64,000 nucleotides of DNA from Cycas panzhihuaensis (lineage: Eukaryota > Plantae > Cycadophyta): NCBI GenBank assembly GCA_023213395.1, contig CM041465.1, forward strand, positions 88,543,741 through 88,607,740. The letters run 5' to 3'. The notes beneath the pieces were generated by a model, which saw nothing but the letters and a program-made list of their open reading frames with translations, was not told the origin of the DNA and searched no databases. Shown here one piece after another: positions 12,291 through 26,783 of the stretch (positions are counted from its first letter, which is position 1; each line of letters begins with the position of its first letter). The position numbers were made by a program, and so were the translations under genes.

Positions 12291-14739
12291 AAATATTTAT
12301 TATTTCACAAATATAAATAAAGAATAATCAGAACTCTGATAAAAAATAATACAAGAAACTACTAAAAAACTTTGTAAAAGATAAATATAACCAATATTTG
12401 GCTTGACATGAGTAGATCTGCTATAAATGCTAATGGATCTTCTTTCTCCTAAGAAAACTTTAACAGGTTAACAAAATTTGAGTAACAGGCTAGCAATTTA
12501 TGATGTGATACTAGATGAAGGATTATAAAATGATAGAGACAGAGCATAGCATAACCAAATAATAAAATCATTATTGCATAAACACATAAATCTTTTATAT
12601 TCAATCCATAATGAGTGAGTACATAGCAAATCTCCAAATGTAAGCAGTGTTTAAAGACACCACGGTTGCACACCCCTCCAAATATATAATTTGGGGGAGG
12701 AGGGAAACTACTCAACCCCTAGAATTGAAACAATAATAAAATATTAAATAACTTAACTTAACTCAAATTAACTCAAATCAACTTAACCTTACCTTACACT
12801 TACCTTCACATGTGAGCACCTACATGTGTAAATTGGTGGGAGTGGGGTGTGCACTCTTGGGTGAAAGGTAGAGTGGGGTGATGATCATTAACCCCAATAT
12901 TCGATAAGCTAACATCTATCTTAGACTTGAAATATATTTCATCCTAGAATGCCATCAAATCTAAAATCTCTTTCAGTCTTAAGAAGTTACACATGCCTAC
13001 AAAAGCTAGTACATATTTATGTGATAAAAGTAATTAATGATATCTATATAAAGGATCAACCATCTACTAGTCTACATGGGCAACTAGTCATTGTAATTAC
13101 TAGTTCTTTAGGAAGTCCTTTGGATACATGGTTTATCACTAACAATTGGGAGAGTACAAATAATATACTTAAGTACTCTAGAAGTTTTGTCAACATAATA
13201 ATAACTTATGTGCAAGGAGTTCACTTGAGTTAATCACCCACATATGCAACCACCAATTCATCTACTAAATTTCCTCAGTAATTCCTAAAACTAGGTTTCA
13301 CTTGCATACCTGTAACACTCCTTATTAGAAACAATGCCCAAACCTAATGGGACCATCCATAGTCTATGGACTTTGTATGTTATCATGTTGAGGGGTTTTC
13401 TCAACCTTTCAATTTGAAAGATCTACCTCTTCCATGATTCTTTTAATAATAGAATCACTTATCATATATGGAATAATTACTGAAGAGAGTGGTTGCATCA
13501 TAAAGGGTATTCATTCATTGGGATCATGTTTAAGTTAAACTAGTTAAAATTTGTCTAATATTATCTTTTGCTAAGAAGAGTATGAATTCCACATAGTACT
13601 TCCTATATACCTTCTTAATGCATTGATATCTCAAGTTTTAACTATCAAGAAATTGCACAAAAACATCTTCATTATGTCTTTAGAAAATCTTCATTATAAT
13701 TAATCTTCATTCATTACTTCAACTTATCTTAACTCGTGCTTATGATCTTATTACTATAACCTAGTCAATCACAAGGTGCCTAGAGACTCTTTAGGTTTTC
13801 ATATGAGTAATGATGCCAAATGTTGGTTAATTAGGGCCTTATGGCATCACTCCACCAATATATCATTGTAGTGTAGATAACATAGGCAATCAAGTAACAT
13901 TCATCATAATTACATCAACAAGACATTGAACAATACCACATTCATAAGAGGATTACGAATATTGAAGATAAGAGAATGTAAATGTGAGAAACAATGTTAT
14001 TATTTATTAATAAAAGAGATTATAGCATTGTCTAGGCATCAAAGGCTACTAACTTCATATAATACATTAGTCCTTCTAGTAATCACACACAACTACCCAT
14101 CTCATATTTTAATGCCTCTTTTATGTAGCCTATTTATAGATATGTTAGGTGGGTCAATTACCCAACTAATCCTCAACTACCCCTTCATTAATATACTCAT
14201 TTACATTAATTAACCCTCATTTAATATAAGTACAAATGATCCCCCTTTGCTAATGTATTATTAAATGTTTTGACTATGGCCCTTTTATAGGCTGATAGAA
14301 GTTTTGTTGAACACATCCACCTTTGGATCTCCTTGCTGGAAAAAGTTTTTAGTTGTAATGATGATTTAGAGGTGAAATTATTACATGCATACATTATATC
14401 ACAAATCCAAAAAGAAAACCACTTATTGGATTAGGCCATGATAGTAAGTGACAACCTAGTTTTCTAGTTGAAGGAAGTAAATTCTAGCACCAAATTCCAC
14501 ATGGTGATATACCTGGTTTATGCACTGCTTAGGTTGAAGTAATTTGTTTATTTTAAACCAAAAAAAGACAATATTAATGATGATGTGTTAATTTCTTTAA
14601 AAATTTCAAAAGTATGGATAATAAAAGCACCATTAATTTTATATAAGTAGTTAGATAGCTTTTTATATATCATACAACACTATATTCACTAGCCTCTAAG
14701 GATAGATGAATAGGTTAAAATTTAGATTAAATGGAAAGA

Positions 14740-14880
14740 TGGCAAAAGGAATGGTGATTTTTATTTATTTTAAGATCAATTCATTATTTGGTTGCATGGC
14801 TATAAAGGCTATGCCTTATACCTGTCCAAATTCCCTCATCCTTGACTTTATTTTATGGAAGCACATAGATAATTATCATT
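14740..14880 (+). pseudogene. Remnant of an accessory ORF of fragmented Gypsy-like host element H
   Basis: Approximate translation DQFIIWLHGYKGYALYLSKFPHP*LYFMEAHR looks coding and resembles extra ORFs of non-chromoviral Gypsy elements; host sequence continues across TSD-flanked insertions. Confidence 0.3.
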
Positions 14881-15423
14881 GATTAGGGGTAGATTATATC
14901 ATAGGTATAAAAAGATGCCATATCAGAAAAGGCCAGTATATATGGGATATTAGGAAGATAATGGATGGGTTGAAATAGAAATTGTATGCTCCTTATTAAA
15001 GGCATATAACTTAAGGAAAACTCCATAGAGGCATTATTATTAGATGGGATAATGGTTAGTTATATGATAAGAAACATATATCAGATGCATGGTATAATGA
15101 AGATAGTTTGAAGAGCTTTAAAAATTTGAGGATGAATCATATATTTGTACTTCAAAGCCCATGTTTCATTCTTTAAATTTTGAGGGTACTAGTACCATAC
15201 CTCTTAAATTTATAAAGCACTAAAGGTCCATCCATGGTTGAGGTAAGCAACAATGATGTGATAAAGCATAATCTACATAAACCTAAGAAGAAAGAAGAGA
15301 ATCATAATTAATCATCTAAATACAAGAGAAGCTCTAGTTATTAGCTCTCCTCACTGAATTATAAAACCCTAACAACTACTAGTGGCACTAGTGACAATAT
15401 AAATTATCTCATAAGCCACCTCA

Positions 15424-18400
15424 TATAGTGATATAATTCACTTAGAATTGAATTATCTATTAGAAAGGACTTTAAATAAAAATAATACACAACAAGTATA
15501 ACAAAATATGATAATAATGCAATAATAAATGAATGTGAAAGAGGGCTACCCAAATCATAAAGTAAATGAGGAATGAATGAGCAAAATATCACCAAATATA
15601 GGGTAATAAAATCTTAATTAAGCATAGTATTGGAGTTGAAATAATGCCCCCTCTTCAAGGCAAGGTAGCCTCCAAATATTACTACTCAAAGGGTCAAAGT
15701 ACTACTATCTTAAAGGCCAAAAATATATTTCTAAATCAGTGCTAGGATGCTTGGTAATGAAGCCCTTAGGTCCTTTAGATAGTTGGATTCTACACCCATA
15801 TAGAGGTTAGCCGAGATAGAGTGAAATATTGACTTGAACATCACCTATAAGTCAACCAAAATAATGCGCTTCTAAGTTGACCAATATTAAGTAATTTAGT
15901 TTACTACATGTCTTGCCCCTTGAAAACATGCTTTGCCCTCAAAGCATGGGTAAATTAGGATGTTGTTGCATCTATGCTTTGGACACCTAAGTGGCATCTT
16001 CTATATCTAGAGTCTTCTATTTTATGAAGAACTCTTAGATTCTTCTAGTGCATAGTTCTTTGATCCTTATATATAAGATCCCTTCAAGTTTGATAGTAAA
16101 ATTCCCCTCCTCGTCTAATTCTAGAATTGTTATCTAAGGGGTTATCTCCTCACCTATCTTCTTTTTCATTCATGACACATGGCAGATGTTGTGAATTTTT
16201 CTTTCTAGAGGTAAGAGTAGGCAATATGCTACTTTCTCGATCATTTATTTAACTTGGTATGGTCTATAAATTATGGTGCTAATTTCTATTTATTCATTTA
16301 TCACATTAATACTTATTTGTAAGATTGAAGTTGAAGAAAGTCCTAATCCCCTACTTTAGAACCCCTCTTTGTTCTTTTTGCATTTGCTTGTTATTTCATC
16401 CTATTCCTTATAGTATTTAGATTATCTTTTAATATATGTATTATTTGCTCTACTTTCTCTTGTTATTTACACACTGATTGAACTTGTGATACTTTTGTCT
16501 AGGTAAGTATAGATGGGGATTTATATCTATATAATACCTAGAAAGGAATCGTTTTAGCTGACATATGGTATATGGTATTGTACCACCATTTTACTAAGTG
16601 GAACCACTTGTGCCATTGATTTTGTTTGTTTAAGGAGAAATTTCATAAGTATCCTTCTAGACACTTATTTACTACTTTAGTTTGCCCATTCATTTATGAG
16701 TCATAAGCAATGCTCATATGTAATTTTATTCTTGCCAACTTCAACAAATCCTACCAAAAATAGCGAGTAAATTTTGGGTCTTTATCACTAACTATAATCT
16801 TTGGAAACTCATGTAATCGATGTATTTCTTTTATATAAACTTTTACAATTTGACTTGCCTTTGCCATAGTCTGCATCCCCCTAAAGTATCTATATTTAAT
16901 AAGTTTGTCCACTACTATGAAAATAACATCCTTTCCTTTTGATCGTAGGAGCCTTGTAATGAAATCCATAGAAATTTCTTCCCATTTTTGGGTTGGGATA
17001 TATAGGGGTTGTAATAGTCTTGGGCTTTTTACATATTTGCCTTTATTATATTAACAAATGTCACATTCTGATATCCTTTTTAAGACATTTGATTTCATCT
17101 CCTTCCAGTAGAAAGAATTCATTATTTTTTGGTAGGTTTTATCAATTCTTATGTGTCCTCCTATAGGCACTTGGTGAGTCTCATCTAGTAAGACCTCCTT
17201 TACTTTGGACTTCATTGGGATAATATCTTTCCTTCTTATATGATCAAATCTCTATGTAGATCAAACTTTGACATCTTTTGGGTCTATATATATTCTATCA
17301 CTTTTTGTGAGAATGGATCTCCCTTATATTCTATAATCAATTCAAGCCCAATTTTAGATTACTACTATTACAACCTTGAGAGATATTTCCTCATTGTTCT
17401 CCTTAGGTAGCCTTGATAGGGCATCAACTATGATATTTTCTTTCCCTTTCTTTGTATTTGATACTAAAATCAAATGTTTGTAGTTTACTCACCCATTTTT
17501 AATATTCATTTGATAACATTTTCTAATTCAATATGTATTTTAGGCTATCGTGATCTGTTTGAACTATGAATTTATTTCTGAGTAGATATTACCTCTATTG
17601 TTAAATTGCATGTATAATTGCCAGTATCTCTTTGTCATATATTAGTTTTAACTTTTCTTTATTATTTAACTTCTTACTTTCATATACTATTGGCTTACCA
17701 TCTCATGTTAAAATTGCTCCAATCTAAAATATGGAAGCATTACATTCTAAGATAAATGCTTGAGAAAAGTTTGGTATTTTGCTTAAATTGGTGCAATAAC
17801 CATTACTCGTTTGAGGTGTTCAAAGGCTTTTTCTACTAATAGGTTCTATTCAAACTCATCTTTCTTTATAATATCTATCAGAGGTACTACAATATGGGTG
17901 TATCCCTAAATAAAGTTTTGAAGGAACCTTGTTTCTTCTAAAAAACTTCTTATCCCTATCATATTCTTTGGAATTAACCAATTGACGATAGCTTGTGTCT
18001 TTTTTGGATCTGTCTTGATCCCTTCCTTGGTAGTGATGTCCCCTAGATATTCCAACTCTTCTTTTATAAAGGTGCATTTTCCTATGTTTGTATATAATTA
18101 GTATTTTCCCAAGATCATCAAGACTGCCCTGATATACTCTAGGTATTCTTCCCAAGTTTTATTGTATATCAAGATATCATAAAAAAAAACTAGTACAAAT
18201 TTCTATAATAGTCGTTTGAGTATTGCATTCGTGGTATTTTAGAATATAGCTAGGACATTTGTTAATTTGAATAATATAACTTTGAACTCAAACAACCCCT
18301 CATGGGTGCGAAAAGCTATTTTGTAAATATCCTCTTCTTTAACATGGATCTAATATAACCCAGATTTAAGATTGATTTTCAAGAAATATCTTGCTCTGTA

Positions 18401-20290
18401 AATCTCATTGAGAAAATCGTCTATCTTAGGGGTGGGATAATGATTATTTACTATCGATTTGTTTAATCCTTAATAGTTTATACACATCCTGTAAGATATG
18501 TCCTTTTTGGGATTCATCACCATTGGTGACATAAATGGGCTTGTACTATTTATTATCTATCCCTATGTTAGGAGTTCCCTTATGATATTTTCAATCTCAT
18601 TTCTTAAGTGATATGTGTGTTTGTATGGTCATATGTTTACTGGTGTTGCTCTTGGTACTAGCCCAATAGCATGCTGATGCTCGTGTTGAGGAGTCCTTGA
18701 GGTTCCTTAAATACTGAGGTGTGCTCATTTAGGATGTCTTATACTTTAGGTGGCACATCCTCTACTACTATTTTATAGTATGTTCATATATATGCCAAAC
18801 AATTTTTCTTCAGTATTTTCTCAATTTGATGTGAGTATACCAATTATACTAGTGGTGTAGTAGGTGCTTAAAACCTGTACTTTTATTCCTTCTAGTAGAA
18901 GCACATAAATTACATCATATAGTTTGTAACTATATTCCCCAGTGTTTATAACCATTGAATACTTAAGACTACATCCACATCTTTAATCGGTATTGCGAAC
19001 ATGCATGTGGTTACTGAATAATCCCCAATTTATAAATTTATGGACTTGTAATACTCTCCATATGGGGTATTGTTTTCCATTTTTAATGGACACCTAGAAT
19101 GTATTTAATGATTAGATTGCTAATCCTAACTTCTTCACTATGGATCAATTGATAAAATTATGGGTACTGCCACTATCTACTAAAGTTCCCATCTCAGCAC
19201 CTTTAATCATCCCTTGGAACTTGAGGGTTAAAGGAGTAACTTGTTATCTTATAATGGCTTGTAAGAAAATTTGCATATTCTTAGTATCCATTTCTAAAAG
19301 TTAGTCTACTTTGGCTTCCTCTTCTAGAGCTTACTTAATCTCTTCTTCTTCTAGAATTTCCTCGTCTTTATTATTGATCATGAACATCTTTTTTGCTGGG
19401 CATTGGTGTTCTTGGTTCTATTTTTCCTCATACTTGAAACATGTCCCCTTTTTGAGATGTTCATCTCTTGATATTCCATTTGTATCATTCAAATTTCTTC
19501 CTACTAATAGTGGGTCTACTTTTATGCCTAACTTTATCCAATTTGGGTTTGACCCTTGGTGCTAATATGTATTTGGCTCATATTTATACATAAATGTTGG
19601 TTGACTCTCCTTGAATTTTGCTTTGATGTTTTTTGGCTAATTTAATCGTGTGTTAAATATTTATTAGACTCATGGACTTAATGTAGAGCCTAATTGGTCC
19701 CTTTAAGCCACTGATGTACATTTCCATGAGACATTGCATTGGTATTCTCTTTGAAATAAGACATTGATGATTTACCACTTCCCTCTAAATTCTTACTTCA
19801 TAACAAAGCTCTAATACCACTTGCTTGGAACTATATTATTTGCTAGAAAGGACTCTGAATAAAAATAATACACAACAAGTAATAACAAAATATGATAATA
19901 TTATAGCAATAAATGAATGTGAAAGAGGGTTGCCTAAATCACAAAGTAAATAAGGAATGAATGCATAGAATATCACTAAATATAAGGCAATGGAATCTTA
20001 ATTAAGCACAATATTAGAGCCAAAATAATGCTCCCTCTTCGAGGTGAGGTAGCCTCCAAATACTATTGCCTAAAGGGTCAAATTACTATTGCCTTAAAGG
20101 CCAAAAATATCTTGCCAAATCAGCACCAAGATGCTTGGGAATGAAGCTTTTAGGTCCCTTATATAGTTAGATTCTACCTCCATATAAAGGTTGGCCAGGA
20201 CATGGTGAAATATTAGTTTGAATATCATCTGCAAGTCAACTAGAATAATGTTTCTAAGTCAGCCAAGAGTAAGTAATTTGGTTTACTATA
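15424..20290 (-). mobile_element. Ty3/Gypsy chromovirus (partial gag-PR-RT-RH-INT-chromodomain), LTRs 15424-15908 and 19822-20290
   Basis: Aligned LTRs; TSD CCTCA at 15419-15423 and 20291-20295; PBS complement 19808-19819; integrase ORF 16751-16969 (MDFIT..P..IVSDKDPKF); RT remnants ~17850-18700; chromodomain EFFIK*KTLDIEDAT* at ~15990-16035. Confidence 0.93.
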
Positions 20291-21123
20291 CCTCACAATT
20301 GACATCATCACCTTGTACCCAAATGGTGGCTTTAGCATCTCCTCCCGAGGCACCACAACTTGGATAAAAAAAAGTGAAGCTTGTATAAGGGAGTTAATAG
20401 GTGCCCCATTTGATACTAATCAAGAGAGGAATGCATAAGAAATAAGTACTTTAGCCATATAAAAGGAGGTAACATAGAATATGAACCCACCTATTGACAC
20501 TATAGGAGTGGCCAAAACCAATAATTTTGAGGTCACAAGTAATCAAATAGAGTCACAACTAGATATGAGTGCTTCTCTAGAAAGAGCTATATCATAGTTG
20601 CCAAGAGTATTGTTGACTTACACTCTGAATTTAGTATTGTAAATTATTACCATAGAGTAGGAAGAGATAATAGTCAATCCACCATAGATTTCTAAATAAA
20701 TTAGGACCATTACTTAATATGCCTCTAATAAATTGAGCCTCATATCCAAGGAACGATATACCCAAAAAAAGATATAGAAGAAGTAAGCTATCCTTCATCA
20801 TGAGAGTAGGATAGAACAAAATTATAGAAGACATAAGCCATAGAAATAGTGGGTGATAACCATTAATATGATTGTAGGCTAAGTAACCCCAAAAGGATGT
20901 TGCTAACCAAACATTCACATCAAATCCTTAGATGATAGAATGTATCAAGGCCTAGAGGATATCCTCAAAGGAGATGTAAGGATTGTCCTTTAATCAAGTG
21001 ACTAAAAAATGTTTTTATTAATGGAGTAAACAAGACAAAACACTACAAAAAGCTATGGTAAAATATAATAAGCAAGTAGAGATTACAACTTGCTCAATGA
21101 AAGATGATTCTATAGTTGAGTCT

Positions 21124-24100
21124 TGTTGGATAACAATATCTAATTATATATATAATATGATCCCAAACTCTATTTACACTCAATTATTATGAATTTTATA
21201 TTATATATCCTAATTATATCTGCGACTTAGATGTTGTGAATTATATATTATACTTACCTATTTATATATACTACTTTGATGTGTGATAGTACATAAATAT
21301 TGACTTTGAAGGTTCTCCACTTGAGGTGAGCTTTATTCTAAATATGTACTTAATTGTTTGGATATGATGAAGATTAACTATTCTTTTAGATTCTTGTTTA
21401 TTATTTATTTGTAAATATTTCATCTTATTGACTATTTTTGTATTATCTCTCATTCATCTCCTAATCAATTTCATGTTTATATCAAGTTCATTAATCTTAT
21501 AATTAGCTTTTGCATTTATTCACCAAATATCATGGTATTAGAGTTTCATTCCAATATCCAACATTATGGTACTAGAGGCCAAAATTGGTTCCTTTGGGAG
21601 GATATTTGTAGACTCTATTTTTCAATTTCTTTAGAGCCATTTTTTTATGGGTTTGATGTATTTTTTGGAACCCAAATAATGCCTATTTTATGATCTTTAT
21701 TATGCCTTTTTTGAAGAGTTTTTAAAGCTAGTTTGGGGCTCATCTTAAAGTCCTTTTAGGGTTAAAATATTGAGTAGATAATTGTACTTTTTTTAGGCTA
21801 ATTTATTCATATTTTTGAATTCATTTTGGGGCATGTTTGAAGCTAAGTTTTATAAAAAAAGGGAGATTTTATTTTAAAAACATGTAATTTTGGTGACTTA
21901 TTTTATAATGCATGTGGACCCAAAGTTATATACATATAGGTTGTTATTGAGGTTATAAAAAAGGTTTCTTTTTAAACTCATTTTTTATGATGAAAAATTA
22001 GGTTGATGAGTTGCAAAAGCAGGATTGGTCACCTTCTAAGGGCAATAAATTAGTTGTAAAAAATAAGGAAAAAAAAATTAAGAGAGGTTTGAAATAACTA
22101 TTTTATGCCTCATTTTAGAGGCTATTGCAAGCATCTTTTGATAAGGATTCCTACTAGATTGAGACCCATGTGAAGGCCATAAAAGGATTGAAAATATTAT
22201 TTTTGATTATTGATTTTATTAATATTGATGCCAAGTAAAAAAAAAATGTTGATCAACAATACGAAATATTTCAAAGGTTGATGATCTTTTATTTAAAAGT
22301 CCATATAGGGTTTACATAAAATAAAGGAAAAATATATTTAAAAAAAAGAGAGCATATTTCTTTCTTGATCAAAGGCCCTTTCCCCACTAGAATAATTATT
22401 GTAGTTGGTCTTTTTTATAGTGAAAAAAGAAAAGAAAAGAAAATATATATATGAAGAGAATTTTTTTCTATTATTTTTTCAAATGAATGATATCTCTCAT
22501 ATATATGGATGGTACATATTATAGATATGTACAAAGAATTTGGGAGCAGGGGAGAATGGAGGATGAGTGGATATGAATTGGAAGCCCTAGAGGCAAAGCT
22601 TAAGTAAAGAGTAAGAAAATAATCCTAAGGCACATATATAAGAAGAGAGCATACCTAGGGATATAAAGAAGACATCAAAAGATGTCTTAGTAGGAAAGAA
22701 TCTCCATAAACATAGAGGCCTAGGAGTTTAATATATACATAATGACATGATGAATGTCCTAGAATAGAGGACCAATGATAGTGCTATAGAAAAATAGAGG
22801 AGAGATAGCTTCATTAACCCTCAAATAGAACAACATGCTCAATGCATATGGATTAATAAAAAAATGATGGACAATGTTGATGGTATAGATAATCGTAATG
22901 AGATGGTGTGCAGTGGGTAAAAATATTGAGTCATAAGAAGCATCAATATAATAGATGTTATAGAGGAATGAGATAAATTGATCTCACTATGGCAAATTCA
23001 TAGAATACAGAGAGATCAGAAAAATAACACAATAAACCAAAAATGTGTAATCGAAGGAGAAGGAGAGATATAACCCCCTTAGTTGTGTATCAATGGGATA
23101 AAAGGTTATCATCTTATTCATCTACTTATCATAGCAAATAGTGCTCTTATCCCCACATCATTAATATATTGATTTGATCTGATTTTATTTAGAGTAAACA
23201 ATTTTGGGAGGGCCATGATGTTTTTAAAGTGAAGACAAAAATTTAGTTATTTTTTATATTTAGTATAAGTCTACAAGGATCCTTTGCAGTCAGTCCCTAG
23301 TTATACAACAAACCAATGTGACGAATAACTCAACAAAAAAGGAGCTATGTGCTATTTTTCAGTCCTCTTCCCATTTTTAAGGATATATATTTATATTTTC
23401 TTCAATATCTTGATCAAATGAAGCCCATTTCAAATTCAAAAGATGCATTGGAATTCTGATTTAACCCCCTTCACAATGACATGCCATATGAAGTATTTTG
23501 GAGTTGATTTATTGTAGAAAATTTAGCTTAAAATTAAGACAAAATTTTAAGGGAGTTTTCTTTATGAATTTTAAAATTTATTTTAGGCATATTTATCCTC
23601 TTTCTATGATTCCAAATTATTTGATAAAATTTTTATTGATATAATGTATTTGAGAAGGGGGAAAAATATAAAAATTTAAATAATGGGATTTATTTATAAG
23701 TTCTAAAGGACCCATTCCTTATAAAAAATTATCAAAATTATCACATGAAAGAGTTATTTCTTAATGTTCTTGAGTCACATTCTTTTAATATCATGTTTAA
23801 GATATTATCTTTATATTGTTGGACTATTGTAAGCCCATAAAGGTACTTGTAAGGCTAAAATATCCTTTTATCATAAATTTTTTGGTCATAGTTATTGATA
23901 ATATTATAATTTCGATTATTGGTTGATGATGAAATTACATATAGTCCCATTTGGTAAAAGATGGGATATTTTTTTGACTGCTCTTGTACTTTATTTCCAC
24001 CTCATTTATCTTGGCTTTGTAGGATGATATGTTCTTGGAGTGATGTTGATATGTTGTTGACTAAACCATGTAACCAAATGAACCACCTATTGAACTAGTA

Positions 24101-24653
24101 TTCACAATGATTGGTTACCTATATGGTCTAGTATATCAAGGATTTTTCATAAAGATGTTAATAACATTGAAGAAATTTAAAGTTATGTGGATTTCAACAA
24201 ATTTGAAGACCAAATTTTATATTGATATGATATTTAATATTATGCACTTGGATATTATAGAGGGTGAATGCTAGATAATAATATTCAATTATATATAATA
24301 TGATTTCAAATTCCATTAACTCTCTTTCAATTATTATGAATTTTATATTATAGTTACATAGTTACGTGTACCCCTTAACAATATACAAAGGTTGATTTTA
24401 AAGGTTCTTCTTCTGTGGTAAGTTGTGTAATAAAAATATATACTTAATTCTTTGAATAAAATGAAAATTAGTCATTCTTTCTCATTTTTGTTCATTATTT
24501 ATTTCTATATATTTCATCTTATTTAGTCGTTTTGTGCTATCTCTTACCTCCTCATGTGTTTCATGTTTATATTAGGTCTATTTACTTTATGATTAGTTTA
24601 TGTAGTTATTCGCCTCATTTCATGGTATCAAAACTTCCTTCCAATGTCCAACA
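21124..24653 (+). mobile_element. Element E: non-autonomous LTR element (LTRs 21124-21563 and 24269-24653) with duplicated PBS
   Basis: Diverged LTR pair with TG...TCCAACA ends; PBS-like sites at 21533, 21567, 24623, 24657; no pol; no TSD found. Confidence 0.75.
23277..23346 (+). other. Conserved hairpin motif (element E copy)
   Basis: TCAGTCCCTAGT-n14-ATGTGAC-n16-AAGGAGCT versus B2 element-sense TCAGCCCCCAGT-n14-ACGTGAC-n16-AAGGGGCT. Confidence 0.65.
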
Positions 24654-25199
24654 TTATGATATTAGAACTTCATGCCAATATTTAATAATTCTATGAAGCT
24701 ACACATGGCCATTAAGTAGATAGTGAAAGATAAGGTTTAATTTTGCAATTATAATTGCAAGGCATGATGCAAGAAAATAAGTCTTTAAGGGGATAAAACC
24801 TAACCCTAAATAAAAATATGAATCATCTCATATTATCATGGGAGAGATTGCTTGTGTAACCTCTACAAGAGGGAGCTAGAAAAGGAATAAAGAAAATGCA
24901 TAATAATGCAACCAAAGGTGGAAGGGCTTATTAACAATCTCAACAGTAATGAGAGAAGGAAATGACTTGTATTCCATAGAGATCTAGTCTCCTTTAAATA
25001 TACATCCTCAAAGATGACCATTACAAACTTAAATGTAATCAATCTATGACAGACAACCAAGTGTCATTACCTTAGACTTAAGTTACATTTAAGGGTGCTC
25101 AACATGACCCCTTTTTATACCTAGATAAAACATTACATTTCAAACCTAGATAAAACATTACATCTCAATAGCCTCTCTTAATGTTTTATCTCTAACAAG

Positions 25200-26783
25200 C
25201 CTAATTTGTTTCTTAGATATTGAAGTCTCTCTTTTCCAAGAAATTTTGTTAGAAGATCTACAACTTGTTTAGAAGATGGATAATATTCTAAATTAATTTC
25301 TTTGTTGTTGACTTTTTCCCTTATGAAATGATGATGGACTTCTATATGCTTGGTTCTTGTATGAAGAACTGTGTTTTTGGTTAGCTTGATAGCGCTCTGA
25401 TTGTCACACTTTAGAGGAGTTATTTCAATCTATCATTATTCCAGATTGGTCAAGAGTTATCTCAACCAGATGGCTTTACATGGTACTGTCACAACTACTT
25501 TGTATTCTACTTCGATGGAAGATAATGCCATAATAGCTTAATTTTCACTGCACCATGAGATTACATGAGAGCCTAGAAAGAAACAATATCTACTAGTTGA
25601 TTTCCTTTATTCCTAGTCTCTTGCCAAATCAGAGTATAAAAGCCTAATAATTTAACTAATCCTCCTTTGGGATATACCAGTTTTAGATTTGCTATTCCTT
25701 TCAGGTATCTTAGAATTCTCTTAGGATTCTTCATATATCTGGATGCTAATCCCACTGAATGAGATATATCGGGCCTGGTAGATGTTAGATAGATTAGATA
25801 CCTAATCATTTACCTGTATAAGGTGATATCCGTTGCTACCTCTATATCATCTGCCGTTAATATATAATTTGTTTCCATGGGTGTGGCACATGGATTATAG
25901 TTTTCCATCTAAAACCTGATCAATAGATCTCTGATGTATTTGCTTTGAGATAGGTTACATAACCTTGTTGTTGATATATTTCTAATCCCAAGTAGTAGCT
26001 TAAAAGACCCAAGTCTGTTATTTCAAATTCTTGCTTGAGTTGTTCTTTTATGTCTTTAGTGACTTCTTCATCATTCCTAGTGAGAAGCATATCATCAACG
26101 TAAACAACAATTATTATGATTTTATTACCCTTTTTCCTTATGTACAAGTTGGGGTCTGAATCACATCGTTTAAAGCTATTCTTGCATAGGTACTGATCCA
26201 GTTTTGCATACTAGGCTCGAGGAGCTTGCTTTAATCTATATAATGTTTTTTTTAGTTTGCATACTAAATGCTCTTGTCCTTCTTTGACATATCCATCAGG
26301 CTACTTCATGTAAACTTCTTCTTCCAATTCTCCATTTAAAAAGGCACTTTTTATATCTACCTGAGAGATTTTATAATTATGTGCAATAACTAATGTAATT
26401 ATTGTCCTTACAGTGTTCATCTTAGCCATAAGAGAAAAGGTTTCCTTAAAGTCTACTCCAGTTGTTTGAGTGTATCCCTTTGTGACCAGTCTTGATTTGT
26501 ACTTTTCTACTTTGCCATTAGTTCCTTCTTTAACTTTATAGACCCATTTGCAATCGATAACAGATTTGTTGGCAGACAATTCTATCAATACCCATGTTTG
26601 ATTCTTCTTAATTAAATCCATTTCATTGTCCATGGCTACTTTCCACACATGTTGGTATTTGGTTTCTTGGAAAGTCTGAGGTTCAACTTTGCTTATCAGG
26701 GCCTTCAACTTTTGACTTCTAGTTCTGTGTTCAAATATGTTGTCTTTTCCTTCCTCAATTATTTTGATGAACCATCTAGGCAA
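25200..26783 (-). pseudogene. Copia RT and RNase H of element F
   Basis: ORF fragments 26301-26783 (KWVYKVK, DIKSAFLNG), 25920-26147 (VYVDD), 25573-25809 (TRPDI). Confidence 0.93.

Larger units (their letters stand above)
8704..12899 (-). mobile_element. Element B1: non-autonomous Copia-type LTR element carrying host-gene cargo (LTRs 8704-9080 and 12516-12899)
   Basis: Aligned LTRs; PPT complement TTCTCCTCCTTAA at 9081; decayed PBS complement at ~12504-12514; inserted near the end of an element A LTR; LTR core shared with B2; TSD not clean. Confidence 0.88.
8254..14297 (-). mobile_element. Element A: short non-autonomous LTR element (LTRs 8254-8703+12900-12915 and 13821-14297; ~0.9-kb interior)
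   Basis: Aligned LTRs; decayed PBS (TGATGCCA on + strand) just before 13821; perfect TSD GAAGT at 8249-8253 and 14298-14302. Confidence 0.88.

Noticed and set aside
24863-25060. Duplicated small ORFs (24863-25060 with 39061-39243; 56221-56403 with 63543-63731) as a gene family
   Set aside because: They are incidental frames within paired LTRs.
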